Shown here piece by piece: positions 14,411-29,475 of a stretch of 64,000 bases of DNA. Both the position numbers and the translations under genes were made by a program. Source of the stretch: Eledone cirrhosa (taxonomy: Eukaryota); contig OZ024742.1 in NCBI GenBank assembly GCA_964016885.1, positions 112,964,001 to 113,028,000 of the forward strand, in the 5' to 3' direction. Each line of letters opens with the position of its first letter. The stretch's first letter is position 1. The notes under the pieces are model-generated. The model saw nothing but the letters and a program-made list of their open reading frames with translations, searched no databases and was not told the DNA's origin.

Positions 14411-14442
14411 TATATACATATATATGGAAAGAGAGAGAGAGA

Positions 14443-14524
<82 letters not shown>

Positions 14525-15530
14525 GAGAGAGAGAGAGAGCGACTATACATATATATATAAATGCCTACGAAAGTATACTGTATACATGAGGCAATAATCA
14601 AATGTCTGACAAAATTAATTTCTGTCTTTTTAGTTTTCATAAACACATGAACGTTTTTGTTTTTGTCTAATGTTATCCTTTTTATCATTGCAATGAGTAT
14701 TCTTAACTGCTTTATGAAACATTCCGTATATGTAGTCTAGTTTAATATATGTTCATTCTTTTTTATTATATATTTGTGTTTTTCCAAATATTGATAGAAT
14801 AACAACATACAATATTCCACCTAGAGCATTAGCGCTCACAAGTTTTAATTTATGACTGCGGCTTCATTTCATCTTAATGCACTCTACTTGATCGACGTTA
14901 ATCGTGTTGATTTCACATATGGAGTAACATTTTGTAATCAAGCCAAGCATTTCTGTTTGATCAAAGTATTGTATATGGATGGAGCCAGGGAACACCACCA
15001 TGAAAAATATTCATGGAGAAAAAAAATGTGGGTGAGATTAAATATCGGAGTATAGTAAGGGAAGATTCACACTTGCCTTAATAAATATAACAAAGGATAA
15101 ATAGGTATCGACAGAAAGAAGCAGGGCATAGCTTATTTCCAATTTACGCCGACTGCTTATTATGGAAATATTATTCAATTTTGGATGCAAAATGTATCAG
15201 ACTCTGTATGACTACTTTGGCAGTTTGCCATATTAAATATATTGTGGCTTGCTAATTCGTACACTACTTCGTTTTATATACACGAGATTTTCGTCTATAA
15301 ATGAGTTGTTCATTTAAGCATGCTTATATACTTGTAGTCATAAATTTGTTTGGTAGTATACATATTACTATATACAAACTTTCTCACAAGCAGGTGTAAG
15401 CCAATGTTTATCACTTGGATATAAATCTATGAAAATATATATCGTTAATAATACAATATAAACAAAGTTATATTATAATTGCGGTCCAAGAAAGAAAGAG
15501 TTATTGATGACTTCTTGAATCAACAATAGT

Positions 15531-15561
<31 letters not shown>

Positions 15562-15615
15562 TACATACACACACACATACACACATACACACACACATAC
15601 ACACACGCACACACA

Positions 15616-15662
<47 letters not shown>

Positions 15663-15865
15663 TTGTGTATGTGTGTGTGTGGGCGTGAGTGGGTGTGCGT
15701 GCGTGTGTAAATGTGTGTCCCGGGTCCAATCGGCGGCAACCACAGTAAGTAAAGTTATTAATATATTAGTAGAGTCTATACAACAAATACAATATAGAAA
15801 TAGCTTCTACCAGTTCTAGTCCTGTAGAAGACATTTCTATGTTAAATTTGTTATATATATAAATA

Positions 15866-16655
15866 TTTTTACAGTTCTCGTATCTCAAATTAGTACCATA
15901 GAACAACCACTATTATATACACAATATATATTTCCGTTGGTACGTAATACCCACTGGAATATCTATATCAGTTATGTGTATTCTCCTTAATGTTGAGAAA
16001 AAATGTTGTATCATGCTGCTATTTCTAGTAACATGAAATATCAAGAGTCTATAGTTCTCGCTGTTCTTACGGCCTATTTGTGTGTGGGTCATTTTAACGG
16101 CTTGATTCATTCACCGGGCAGAAAGCGATACATCTCCTTACTTGGATTTTAATTTATTTAAAATATTGTTTAATTTTTAATTGTTCCGCTCATATTTACA
16201 GTTCTCGTATCTCAAATTAGTATCCTAAAACAACCACTATTATAGACACCCTATATATTTCCGTGGGTACTTAATGCCTACTGGAATATCTATATCATTT
16301 ATCTCTATTCTCCTTAATGTTGAGAAAAAAATATTGTATCATGCTGTTATTTCTAGTAACATGAAATATCAACGAGTCTATAGTTCCTGCTTTTCTTATG
16401 GCCTATTTGTGTGTGGGTCACTTTAACGGGTTGATTTATTCACTGGGCAGAAAGCATCTACTTACTTGGATTTATATTTAGTAAGTTTGGAAAAGCTTTC
16501 TGAAGAGCTATTTTTTTCCATTGGAAATTCTCTGAATTTTACAATCTTTTGATAAGCGAAACCGTCGGTCATGGCAATAAAACAGGTAAATATTTAAATC
16601 GTATTTTAATTTATTTAAAAGATTGTTTAATGTTTACTTGTTCCGCTCATATACA
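15866..16655 (+). mobile_element. Tandem pLTR-like unit (2 copies); the second retains a hammerhead
   Basis: tttacagttctcgtatctcaaattagt..cttacttggattt..ttgttccgctcatat is repeated. Copy 1 lacks the roughly 130-bp HHR segment present in copy 2. Confidence 0.8.
16496..16574 (+). ncRNA. Hammerhead ribozyme with 51-nt stem II insert
   Basis: cttt-CTGAAGA-GCTAT..(51 nt)..ATAAGC-GAAA-CCGTCGG-TC^atgg, followed by AATAAA and a cag|gtaaat donor-like site. Confidence 0.7.
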
Positions 16656-16673
16656 TATATATATATATATATA

Positions 16674-18017
16674 TATTAGCAAATGAGGTTTTTTTTACAA
16701 ATTGAAAATTAACTGAGGTGTCCTACACGAGTGAAAGTATAAAGAAAAAGAGATGAAATCGAAAATGCAACTGGAGTCTTATTTTTTTTTAAAATATATA
16801 TATTTATTTGGTTCCTTTACCGGTTTCGCAGTTCTTCTGCTTTTCAAAAGGTGAGTTGAGATGGAGGGTCTGTGCTTTTTCTCACATCTGGTTGGTCTCT
16901 GAATGTTACTTGTTTTATATGGAAAAAGTGGCTCGAAATGCCAGGTTTTTCGAGAAGTAATTTGATTGATTTGTCAATAATTATAATAAATTTCGCGCCA
17001 TTTCGCGTTACAATAGTTCTTCAAATATAAGGGGGGTTGTCACAGGTTGTCTTTTCATATATGAGTGTTTGAATTTCTTTTTACTTGTATAAAGGGGCTC
17101 ACGAAGGCTTTTTTGAGGTTGGTTATAAATGAAATTATAGCTGTCACGTGAACAAGTTTTCATTAAATGTTCGTGCCCTTATTTGGAAATCCATTCTGTA
17201 GCCTTTTTAGAGAATTTTATAATAAGTGAAAGATAATTTGTGAAGAGAAAGGGATGGGAGAATTGTTCTGGTTCAGTGAATATGGTTTGTTCGCTGGGGT
17301 GTCAGAATTCAGATTTTCTATTGAATAAAGAAAGTAAAGATATGTATGTTTATTCGTGGGCTTGTGTGTGTGTGTGCGTGTGTGTGTGTGTTTGAATTTC
17401 TTTACTTAAAGTAATAAGACACCCAAATTCCAAGTCTTCCCATTTTACCTTTGCGCTAACAATACAACAGAACAAATACGAATAAATAAGGAAAATATGT
17501 TTATTCAAAAATATAGACCAACATTAAATATGGTTTAATATGCATTATGTCAACACCATAATATGACATACACACACACACACACATAACACCTTCTACT
17601 TTAGAAAATAAAAACCCGAACTAAATAAACCTTAACATACGTTTGCACTGACAATACAACAGAACAAATACGAATAAGTAAGGAAAATATGTTCATTCAA
17701 AAATATTCCTACTGAAGGAATCATTTTCCTACACACACACACACAATATATATATATATATTATCTTCATCTTAACATGCTAACAATACCCCCACACACA
17801 TAACGCCCATACACACACATAACAACCCCCACGCCCACAACTCCCTCCCCCATTTCTACTAATAGAACCACTTTCCTACACATATATACACACACACAAA
17901 ATATATATTCTCTCCATCTTAACATACTGGCACACACACACATAACACCCATACACACACACACAACCCCCTCCCCCATTTCTACTAATAGAATCATCTT
18001 CCAATACACACATACAG

Positions 18018-18049
<32 letters not shown>

Positions 18050-18992
18050 TCTAGCACACAAATAAACATACATATCTTTACTTCAATAGAAAATCTGAAC
18101 TCTGACACCCCAGCGAACTAACCATATTCACTGAACCAGAACAAATCTCCCAATCCCATTACTCTTGACCACTATCTTTCCCTTGTCATAACATTCTCTA
18201 TAAAGGCTACAGAATAGATTTCCAAATAAAGGCGCAAAAATGAAATTAAAACTTGTTCACGTGACAGCCACATTTCATTTATAACCAATCAAATCACGTT
18301 TATTAAAAAAAAGCCTTCGTGAGCCACCTTTTTTTTTAAGTAAAGAAATTCAAACACACACACACGCACACACACACAAGCACACAAATAAACATACATA
18401 TCTTTACTTTCTTTATTCAATAGAAAATCTGAATTCTGACACCCCAGCGAACTAACCATATTCACTGAACCAGAACAATTCTCCCATCCCTTTCTCTTGA
18501 CCATTATCTTTCACTTATCATAACATTCTCTAAAAAGGCTACAGAATGGATTTCCAAATAAGGGCACGGACATTTATTGAAAACTTGTTCACGTGACAGC
18601 CATAATTTCATTTATAACCAACCCCAGAAAAGGCTTCGTGAACCCCTTTTTTCAAGTAAAAAGAAATTCAAACACTCATATATGAAAAAACAAACTGACA
18701 AACCCCTCTTATTTGAAGAACTATTGTAACGCGAACTGGCGCGAAATTTATTATAATTATTGACAAACCAATCAAATTACTTCTCGAAAAACCTGGCATT
18801 TCGAGCCACTTTTTCCATATAAAAAAAGTAACATTCAGAGACCAACCAGATGTGAGAAAAAGCATAGACCCTCCATCTCAACTCACCTTTTGAAAAGCAG
18901 AAGAACTGCGAAACCGGTAAAGGAACCAAATAAATATATATATATAAAAAAAAAATAAGACTCCAGATGCATTTTCGATTTCTTCTCTTTTT

Positions 18993-18998
<6 letters not shown>
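16674..18998. mobile_element. 2.3-kb foldback element with inverted arms of about 670 bp, inserted in (TA)n
   Basis: 16738-17410 is the near-exact reverse complement of 18337-18998. Extra partial arm copy at about 18040-18325 and internal short duplications. No ORF. Confidence 0.9.
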
Positions 18999-19050
<52 letters not shown>

Positions 19051-19066
19051 TATATATATAATATAT

Positions 19067-19399
<333 letters not shown>

Positions 19400-19429
19400 G
19401 GTATGATATGCAGTTATAGCACCTGAGGG

Positions 19430-20400
19430 AATAGAATGGACATCATAATGACATAAGGCGTTGTAAGGGCATTTTAAAACCTCACTGATCCCAGCCCCTC
19501 AACAGAAAGTGATTAAGAGATGCATAGAAAGAGTTCAGACTACAGTACTAAACTACTCTCACCATTGAAGAATACAATCCACGACACATTAAATGCTTCA
19601 CTACATGTTTAAAACCTAAACAAAATGTACTGAGACCCTTTATTAACATAATGCTTATATTACACCGAAAGTAAAAACATACATCACTTTAATAGCAGGT
19701 CTAGCTGCAGCTTAATAAAGCCTGCTAAAAACGAAACGGGGTTAACCAGTAAGCAGATATTAAGAGAGATAAACATATATATTAAGAATACTTCGCACCT
19801 CTTGCAGTAGATGAATAATTCTTTAGTGATTGGTTGATTCAATAATATTTCAGAGAAAAGTAAGGCTAGGTGTAAACAATTCGATATAACAGATTTGACA
19901 CTTCTTTAACTAGTTCCTCTTAGATAACGAGTTCGCCCGCAAATTCGGTCCCATCACTGGCCAGAAAACTCCCCACTTCATTAATGAGTGTATTAAACGT
20001 GATTAAAATTTAGAAAATCAGTTAAACCTCTTAAAATTCCTTAACCATGCCATTGATCTCTCACACGATGATGGTTTGACAGTATCCCATAACAGCAACG
20101 GATATTACCAGGATCACTTTTCGCAAACAGCTACTACGGCCTTTTAGTTATTTTAGGACTTCAAATAACTGTTGATACAAATATAACTAATACGAACTTC
20201 TCAGGTGTAAAGTTGGATTTACGTACAGGTACATATAAGCGTTATCAGAAATAAAATGAAAATATTTAAATATGTTAAAATAGGATTCCTCTACCCTCCA
20301 GTTATTATTAAAAGACAAGTCTCGATGAAAACATTAGATAGGGCAACCCCATAATATAGAAAGCACTCGTGGATAGCGGCTTTATTATACAAGCCATGCA
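19430..20400 (+). pseudogene. Highly decayed PLE RT fragment (Hydra-like subfamily)
   Basis: LIKPAKNETGLTSKQILREIN, FDITD, HDDGL, LQITVDTNITNTNF..LDLRTGTYKRYQK, PPVIIK and KALVDSGF are readable across stops. Confidence 0.75.
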
Positions 20401-22919
20401 AAATATATGTTGTGCTGCTGTGATGTATATTTATAGATCATTTTCTCTCATAACCCCACCCAGCAACAAAAAAATAGTATATCAATATTACAAAATGAAA
20501 CCAACCAAGACACACTACACAAAGGGTTTACTCTGTCAGGAGACAACACATTTATAAACAACGTCCAGAAGAATCTAATCTATCACAAACTAATTCAAAT
20601 CTAATAAAGAAAACCTGAAACCCATCAGCATCAGATAAATCCAACAAATTTAAGACATCTCATAGATATACAATAACATGCTAAAAGGCAGCTTGCTAAG
20701 AGTACACACTTCTGCAGGCCACAATAGCACTCAATTTACATTGATCGGCAAAGTGGTGACCGCTGGATAAATTAACACTATATTATCGTCAGAAACGCAT
20801 AAATTCTCCACATCCATATGAGGTGAATTTACGTATTTTACTTTATATTTCTTGGAAACATGCTCTCAGTGTAGAAATAATACTATTTACAGCATACACA
20901 CAAACGCACATAGGCACATACACACATACACAAACAGACATATATATATATATACATATATACATATATATATATATATATGTTTGTATGATGGTATCAG
21001 ATAATTAGGAGATAAAGACGCACATGCATGTGGTTCTCATGCATAAATATGTGTATGCATCGCTATGTTTATATTTCCTTGAACAACAACGAGAAATATT
21101 CAATGATATGAATAACGTAAATGAATTTGTCTATTTTGGCATCGATTGTATGTTTAATATAATGCGCGTATTAACTGTTATTATAACACATAGAGAATAC
21201 TGATCTTCCGCAAATCTATTCATGAACATGGAATCGAATAAATGTTGAATGTTATGCTGCATTTCTTTATATGTTTTAGGAAAAATGTTATGCAATGAAT
21301 TGAAATTAGGGAGCAAATCAAAGCTATTCCTCAAAATGCAAATTCCCACTTTACATGCACCAAATTTATCATGGATTATATCAGATATTGGATTCTGGTT
21401 TAAATGGGAATAGAATATAATTTCCGGGGCCTGCGTATTATGTGGTATGTTTAAGAAGCAAGGTTTCTAATAAAATGTTAACAGTGTTCAGCAACCATTC
21501 ATATATATTGACCAGCGTCATTATCATGGCGATGGATTGTACAGATATGTTTGAGAGAATTTGGTTAGAGATACCCTATACAGAAGTGCATCGAAATGAT
21601 TACATCTGTAATTCAACTCACATCCTTGCTGCATAATTTATAAGATAGGTGTGGACAGAAAATCAGGTTTAGGTGTCTGTTTAACACTGAATGTTCATCC
21701 GAAGGATAACCTCCGTGATCGACATATCAATACTCATCGCCAAGTTAGTTTCATGCTACATGTTACTATCAGCAATGTAGAAAGTGTTTCATGTTCAGGT
21801 CATCAAGCATTATATCGCTTATCGAAGTAAATCTGAATCCCGAGGGTTATGCGGTTCGTATAATTTGTGTAATGGAAGGCGAAACCTGTCCATAAACCAA
21901 TATTGTCAGCGGCATGAATGTACAACTAATTGTGAATATGTGATTTTACATATATATGTTTCCGTTCCGTTACGTTTTCATACAAACATACATTAGAAAA
22001 GGATATGTATACTGAAAACCTGCGTTTAGTTATTTAGCTGTTTCAATCATATACAAAATGTCAACTGTGTTACCTACTTGTTGCCAGTCTGAAATTTGAC
22101 AAGCTACAAAGCTATAAAGATTCTAAAGAATTACTATACCGATTATTGCTTTATCCCACCGTACACAATACAGCTCTTAACTAATCACCTGACTAGATAG
22201 TGACTATACTTGCAATATTTTATGAAATAAGTATGTGAATGTCTTCACAAGTGTCCATCTTTGCCCGCTGCAACAGTCCTTCATGTATAGCATATTTTAT
22301 TTCAGCTGTGTTGTTTTGATTTTGATCACATGCCTATGAATTATTTTAGCGGATATTTAATAAAGATAGCATTTGCGTAGTAATGCATGTGACATGAACA
22401 GTATGGAATAAAAGTAAAGTAAGCTGGAGAAGTTAATTTAAAATTATATCGTAGCAGATGTGTTAAGGTTCCACGTTTATTGAGAAAACAAATAGTATGT
22501 GGAATGTGTCACGAATATATTTAACAAAGTCGCTCAAAATTACTTTAGATGTCAAGAACTAACATGTTAAGCCTAGCACTATATATGATAACATTAGAGA
22601 AAGCAGTGGTGACCCGTTTCTTTCATCAGCAAATCTCATACATTTTCTTTTGTTGCCATCACCAATAGTTTGCACCATTTTCCATCTCTTAATATTATCC
22701 AACATACGAAAATATATTCAATAGAAAAAGTAAAATATTTTTCTAGTAAAGACGATATTGCACATACTCGCAATTCTACTAATCTTACATTCGATTATAT
22801 CTGTTAACTCTTCCAAAATCAAAGAAAAGACCTTCACTATCATATAGGGAATGCTATTGGACATGTAGCAATCATATTTCAGTTTCTTCGAAATTTGCCA
22901 TTACATAATAAACCAAGGT

Positions 22920-24150
22920 TCTCTAAAAAAGCAAACTTCTTAGATGTAACACCCAACCTAAATACATGATTAATAGAGCCCTTTCATAAAAATAACGAGA
23001 ATCTAGCCTACATTAGTTATAACTGAAACCACCCTCGATCCATAATTAATTCCATAGCACATTGTATATCCCTCAGAATATTCCGCCTATCTTCTAACCT
23101 AGAGATGTCTAACTAACACTATAACATAGCTTTACATAAGGCAGGACATATGGAGGGGCTCAAATACATACCAGATAGAGACAGCAACAACAAACCTAAC
23201 GACAGCTATGCTACCCACACCTATAGAAATAACAAACATAGAACTAAACATAGAAAAAGACAACGAGCACCAGCAATAACTGAATCGAATACTAATATAG
23301 GGACCCCTAGGAACTATAGAAAATCCAGTGATAGGAAATACTTATGGTTCAATCCAATATTCAACTCCTCTATAAAAGCCAAACTACCTTCTACATTCTT
23401 TAAGCTAATTGACAAACACTTCCCTAAACTACACAAATACCATAGAATCTTTAACAGAAATGCTATCAAACTCTCTTACTCTACTGCAGCCAACATAGAA
23501 TCACATATACATAAAATCAACTAAAAAATAACCTCTAAATAAAATAACATTCCAACATACACCATAGCCCCAAAAACAAAACGCAAACACATAACAACAT
23601 CCCAACCACACACACATCACAGCGTATCACAACAAATCATTAAAAGGCCTAAATCTCAACCCACCCATAACAACACACAAAACGTCAACGGAGAACCTGC
23701 ACACATGAAGGCCTCCAACTGTAACTGCCACCTACAGGATAAGTGACCACTACAAAATAGATGCCTGGAATCAAGTATGGTGAACCTGTGTACTATAAAT
23801 TCGGGCAACTTAACATGGCACTACATAGGTCCCACGGCTGAGGAATTCAACAAAAGATTGTACGTTCACAGCCACTATATGAAGAACCGTAGACTAGAGA
23901 TCTCAACGACGATGGTCAATAAAATCTAGCAGCTTAAGAACACGAACCAGGATTATAGGATTAGCTGGTCGAAATTATCGGGAGCAAAGGCCTACAGCAA
24001 TTGATTCTCCCACTGCGGCTTTGCAATATGGAGTTATTCCATATTATTAAGTATGATAAGATGCTGCTTATCAGCAAAATAGAACGATCAATTTTCTGTA
24101 GACACAAAGCAGCTACCAAGTTTACAAATTTCAAACCAACATGATTCGAC
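22920..24150 (+). pseudogene. PLE 3' half (RT thumb, linker, GIY-YIG), Hydra-like subfamily
   Basis: NFLDVT, NHPRSII, WFNPIFN..FFKLIDKHFPKLHKYHRIFNRNAIKLSYS, CNCH..PL..RCL, HYIGPT..F.KR. Confidence 0.88.
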
Positions 24151-24731
24151 CCAACCTTCTCGAAATCTGAGCTGAACGACCCGGATTTTAATGTATGGAA
24201 TACATACCACCACACTGTTATTAGCTGTCAACTGACTGACTGATCACTAGATCATAAATCTACTAACCTTTCTTTCACTCTCTCCCCTGAAGCCACAACA
24301 ATCCCATTAATATAGGACAATCACCACGCTAAACATTTACCACACACACATATCAACATCCCCCTTCGCCGTCTTAGCCCATCATCGTATCTCTCACTTA
24401 AGTTTTAATTTATTGTTTTTTTTTATCTTTTATCTGTCATTTGTTACTACTTCTTATTCTCTACATCTTACCCTTTGACCACCACGTATGTATGTATATA
24501 TCTAAAGTTGCTTTTCATGTTAGTATTACCTCCACCCACGCATCGTTATACATACACTACTCACCACCACCACTATTATCAACTATCGTATTCTGTACTT
24601 ATATATTTTTTTAATTTTTACATCTGTAACTTCTTTACCTCTTTATCATTATATTTTATTATTGATGTTATTGTTTTGATTCTATGTTTTATATATATAT
24701 ATATATACCATTGCCATACGTGAGGTCTCTC

Positions 24732-24842
24732 GTATTCTGAGGATTTGATCAGAGGTGAACACCATATTTAAGGTCGAGTGACGCAACCTAGAGTCATTAG
24801 CGGCCTTTAGACTCACCTAATCTATGAAACAATTGTTAATAC
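24732..24842 (+). ncRNA. Hammerhead ribozyme with 82-nt stem II insert in the PLE 3' pLTR
   Basis: gtatt-CTGAGGA-(82-nt imperfect hairpin: aggtga/tcacct, taaggtcg/cggccttta, tgac/gtca)-GAAA-CAATTG-TT^aatac. Confidence 0.7.
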
Positions 24843-24895
24843 TTGAAATAAAGCTCCTTGTTATTATTCATTCTTTCACTATACACACACACACG

Positions 24896-24990
<95 letters not shown>

Positions 24991-24997
24991 CGAAAAA

Positions 24998-25180
24998 AGT
25001 GTGGTAAGAAACCAGGTGGACCATAATGCATCAAAGTACTCGATACTTAGGGTGGTAGAGTGGGTAATAGGAAAAGAGTCAGGACCCGACAGCTGAGCTC
25101 CGGCCATTTTGACAGCTAGGTCAGATCTAACTGTCGAAAAACTCGGACCTCAACCGTCACGGTCGTGACTCTTTTCCTAT
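24998..25180 (+). repeat. Hairpin-containing interspersed repeat; related copies at 25630-25775 and about 8880-8940
   Basis: ataggaaaagagtcaggacc..ggtcgtgactcttttcctat hairpin at 25067-25180, with a diverged direct copy 630 bp downstream. Confidence 0.7.
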
Positions 25181-25244
25181 ATGTATTTATATACACACAC
25201 ACGCACACACACACACACACACACATATATACATATATATATAT

Positions 25245-25615
25245 GTCAACTCTGGATGTCGGTGATCATGTCCAGCAAACCTCAGTCTCCTCTGTGTCAC
25301 CTTTGAGCTGAATTTTGGGATGCTCCCATACAGCTCTGAGTTTTTCATCCTCAGTGTATACTGATTAATGTTCAGAGCCATCCTCAGCATTCTCGTGTAG
25401 CACCCATCCACCATCTGAGTGAATTTCTTGGTCAGTGTCCAAGTCTCAGACCCAAACATGGACACACTAGAAGAGGAAGACCAAAGTTAACGTATGTTGA
25501 TGCCCTAAGGACAGACACTGGTCTGTTGGAGACGCAGGACATGGCAGCGATAGTGAGGAACAGAGACCGCTGGAGAGAACTCGTCCATGGATCTCGGGAA
25601 TTTGTCCCGCCTTAG
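25245..25615. mobile_element. RTE-X-like LINE 3' end with 5' inversion
   Basis: Minus 25465-25245 reads FGSETWTLTK..DGCYTRMLRMALNI..RRLRFAGH..HPE. Plus 25466-25615 reads TRRGRPKLTYVDALRTDTGL..RDRWRELV..stop. Confidence 0.88.
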
Positions 25616-25647
<32 letters not shown>

Positions 25648-25804
25648 TAGAGTGTGGTAATATACCAGTTGGACCATAACCCACCGGTGTACTCGATGTT
25701 TGGGACAGTAGAGTGGGTAATATGAAAAGATTCAGAACCCCGACGGGTGAGCTCCAGCCGTTTCAACAGCTAGATCCAAACAAGTATATATGTATATAAG
25801 AAAA

Positions 25805-26498
<694 letters not shown>

Positions 26499-26504
26499 TA
26501 TCTA

Positions 26505-27962
26505 TATAATTGGAGGCTTAGTAAAATCGAATCTTTGGCGGTGTGCAAGCAGATTCGACCTACGATATAAATGAGTTAGCAAATCACTCAAATCAAACGT
26601 TATACGTTTAAAATGTTTCTATGAATCCGAAATCAAATATCAGACTTACGTAACTGGCAAGCTCGTGGTATTCATAATCGAACAGAGGACTCATTTCATC
26701 AACAGGAATTTCGTTCTACCAAAGAATGGGACGAACACTAAATGGTGCTGATAGCAGCAGCAGCGATTCGAACATTTACTTGTCACGTGTTATTTCAAAC
26801 AAGGGAAATAACCCCGGTTTTTGGCGGGTCATTCAAATTGTTAGACAAAGGAAATATTATAATTTCCGCTAACATTCAGAATAAGCTCTCAACCATATGT
26901 TATTAAACAAACACAAATAATTAACCAATCAACAGAATTGTCTAATTAAATTAATTAGTTAATTATTAAATCTAGGAGAAAATAATATAATTGGAGGCTT
27001 AGTAAAATCGAATCTTTGGCGGTGTGCAAGCAAATTCGACCTAGGATATGAATGAGTTAGCAAAGCACTCGACAAAGGTAGGTCAGTGTAGTAATAACTT
27101 ACGTTTAAACAGCTTGACAAATTGAACATTGTGGCAGGCAAAATCTAACACACAATACCAAAGTAACGAAAGAACTAACATGTTGAAAAAATAAACCTGG
27201 ACAAATAAAACGTTATACGTTTAAAGTGTCTCTATGAAATCCGAAATGAAATATCAGACTAACGTCACTGGCAAGCCCGTGGTATTCATGATCGAGCAGA
27301 GGACTCATTTCATCAACAGGAATTTTGTTCTACCAAAGTACGTTGCGAAAACTAAATGCTGCTTCTAGCAGCAGCCATTCGAACATTTTGTTGTCACGTG
27401 TTATTTCCAACAAGGGAAATAACCAGCAGTTTTTGGCGGGTCATTCAAATTGTTAGACAAAGGAAATATTATAATTTCCGCTAACACTCAGAATAAGCTC
27501 TCAACCAGATGTTATTAAACAAATTATTAACCAATCAACAGAATTCTCTAATTAAATTAATTAGTTAATTATTAAATCTAGGAGAAAATAATATAATTGG
27601 AAGCTTAGTAAAATCGAATCTTTGGCGGTGTGCAAGCAAATTCGACCTACGATATGAATGAGTTAGCGAAGCAATCGACAAGGGTAGGTCTTTAGAGTAA
27701 TAACTTACGTTTAAATAGCTTGACAAATTGAACATCGTGGCTGGCAAAATCTAACACACAATACCAAAGTAACGAAAGAACTAATAGGTTGAAAAAATAC
27801 ACCTGGACAAATAAAAATGTATACGTTTAAAGTGTCTCTATGAAATCCGAAATGAAATATCAGACTTACGTCACTGTCAAGCTCGTGGTATTCATGATCG
27901 AACAGAGGACTCATTTCATTAACAGGAATTTCGTTCTACCAAAGAACGGCGTGAACACTAAA
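26505..27962 (+). repeat. Tandem repeat of about 606 bp (about 2.5 units); diverged inverted fragment at 37530-37676
   Basis: tataattgga(g/a)gcttagtaaaatcgaatctttggcggtgtgcaagc occurs at 26505, 26986 and 27592. Confidence 0.92.
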
Positions 27963-28531
27963 TATATATATATAGTGAAAGAGTGGTGAAGAATAACATG
28001 GCCAGCTGTAAAGAGAAGCCATTTTATTTACAGTATCAACAATTGTTTCATTGATCACAACCTCTAACAAGATTACATAAAACGACAACTTGGTATCCCA
28101 TATATATTTTAGCGTATAACATATATGAAAAGAAAAAAATGGAAAATAAATTTGATAACGTCGTAAGAATTCTTTTTAAATATTAGTTCTTCCATATACA
28201 ATTTCGAACGGTTCAAAATACCTCACCGCAAAACAGTGGTATTAATTTTATTTAAATAATAGTACAATAAATTGATATAGCGATATGTAAATAAATATAT
28301 CAACTTTGATAATTAAACAATTATTTTGTTGCAGGCTTAGATTTATATATTAGAATATTCACCAAATGGAACTATACTTACACTGTAAATAATTTACACT
28401 GCCACTAGATGTAAAGTAGCTCCATGTCGAAATACTCAGCTGATTTTGAATTACTCCTGTATCAAGGAAACTGGATAGCAAATATATTCTCTCATCTTTA
28501 CCAGGATCTGTATAGGAGAAACCCAATATTA

Positions 28532-28597
<66 letters not shown>

Positions 28598-28664
28598 TCT
28601 GTAGCCTACATAGAACACTCTCTTTTCCTTTATCTTTCCTACGGAAATACTTCATTTATATATA

Positions 28665-28870
28665 TATGACTGTGTGGTTTGAGAATTGCATTCGCAATCC
28701 GGAGGTTGTGAGTTCGATTCCTGGACCGGGTGATGCGCAAGACACTTTATTCCACGTTGCTCCTTCTACCTTGCGTTGCGTCCGAGAAGATAGTATTAGC
28801 AATTGGAAAGACCAACGGAAACCTTGTTTCCTTGGTCCGAGTTAACGAAAGTCCATCGATTGTCGATATA
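28665..28870 (+). mobile_element. tRNA-derived SINE, second family
   Basis: B box gagttcgattcc followed by gcaagacactttattccacgttgctcc. Related minus-strand copy at 60965-61205. Confidence 0.7.
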
Positions 28871-28871
28871 T

Positions 28872-28993
<122 letters not shown>

Positions 28994-29475
28994 GTGTGTG
29001 TGTGTTAAGTATTTCTGTAGAAGAGTGTTCTATGTATCGTACAGAGATATTTAATTACATAATAAACAACACAATACCAAATATTTAATGAATCTGGACG
29101 ATTCTTAATTAAAAATCGAGCCCGATCATCACATGAAATGGTTTTGTTTTGGATATAAGTTTTGAAATTTATATCTATTAAAACAATATATACACACATA
29201 CAAATACAGATACATGCACACACACATAGAAATATAAGCGTATCAACCACATATATACACTCATATATACACACACACACATATTCATCCATATATATAT
29301 ATATATATATATACACATATTCACATATACATATACACATATATATATATATTTACATATATATGCACCCACTAACCCCTGCCCCACACATATATATATA
29401 TATCATTTTGTCAAACTCTTGAAACTCTGACTTTACCACATAGCATGTATTTCATTTTCTTATAGCATTTTAAGA

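Noticed and set aside
21784-21996. Cys-rich ORF containing LCGSYNLCNG, reminiscent of a Ly6/three-finger end
   Set aside because: Cys spacing is incomplete, there is no supporting exon structure and it is consistent with chance.
26505-27962. Tandem repeat considered as a retrozyme or CRISPR-like array
   Set aside because: No hammerhead core found on either strand and no short-repeat/unique-spacer pattern.
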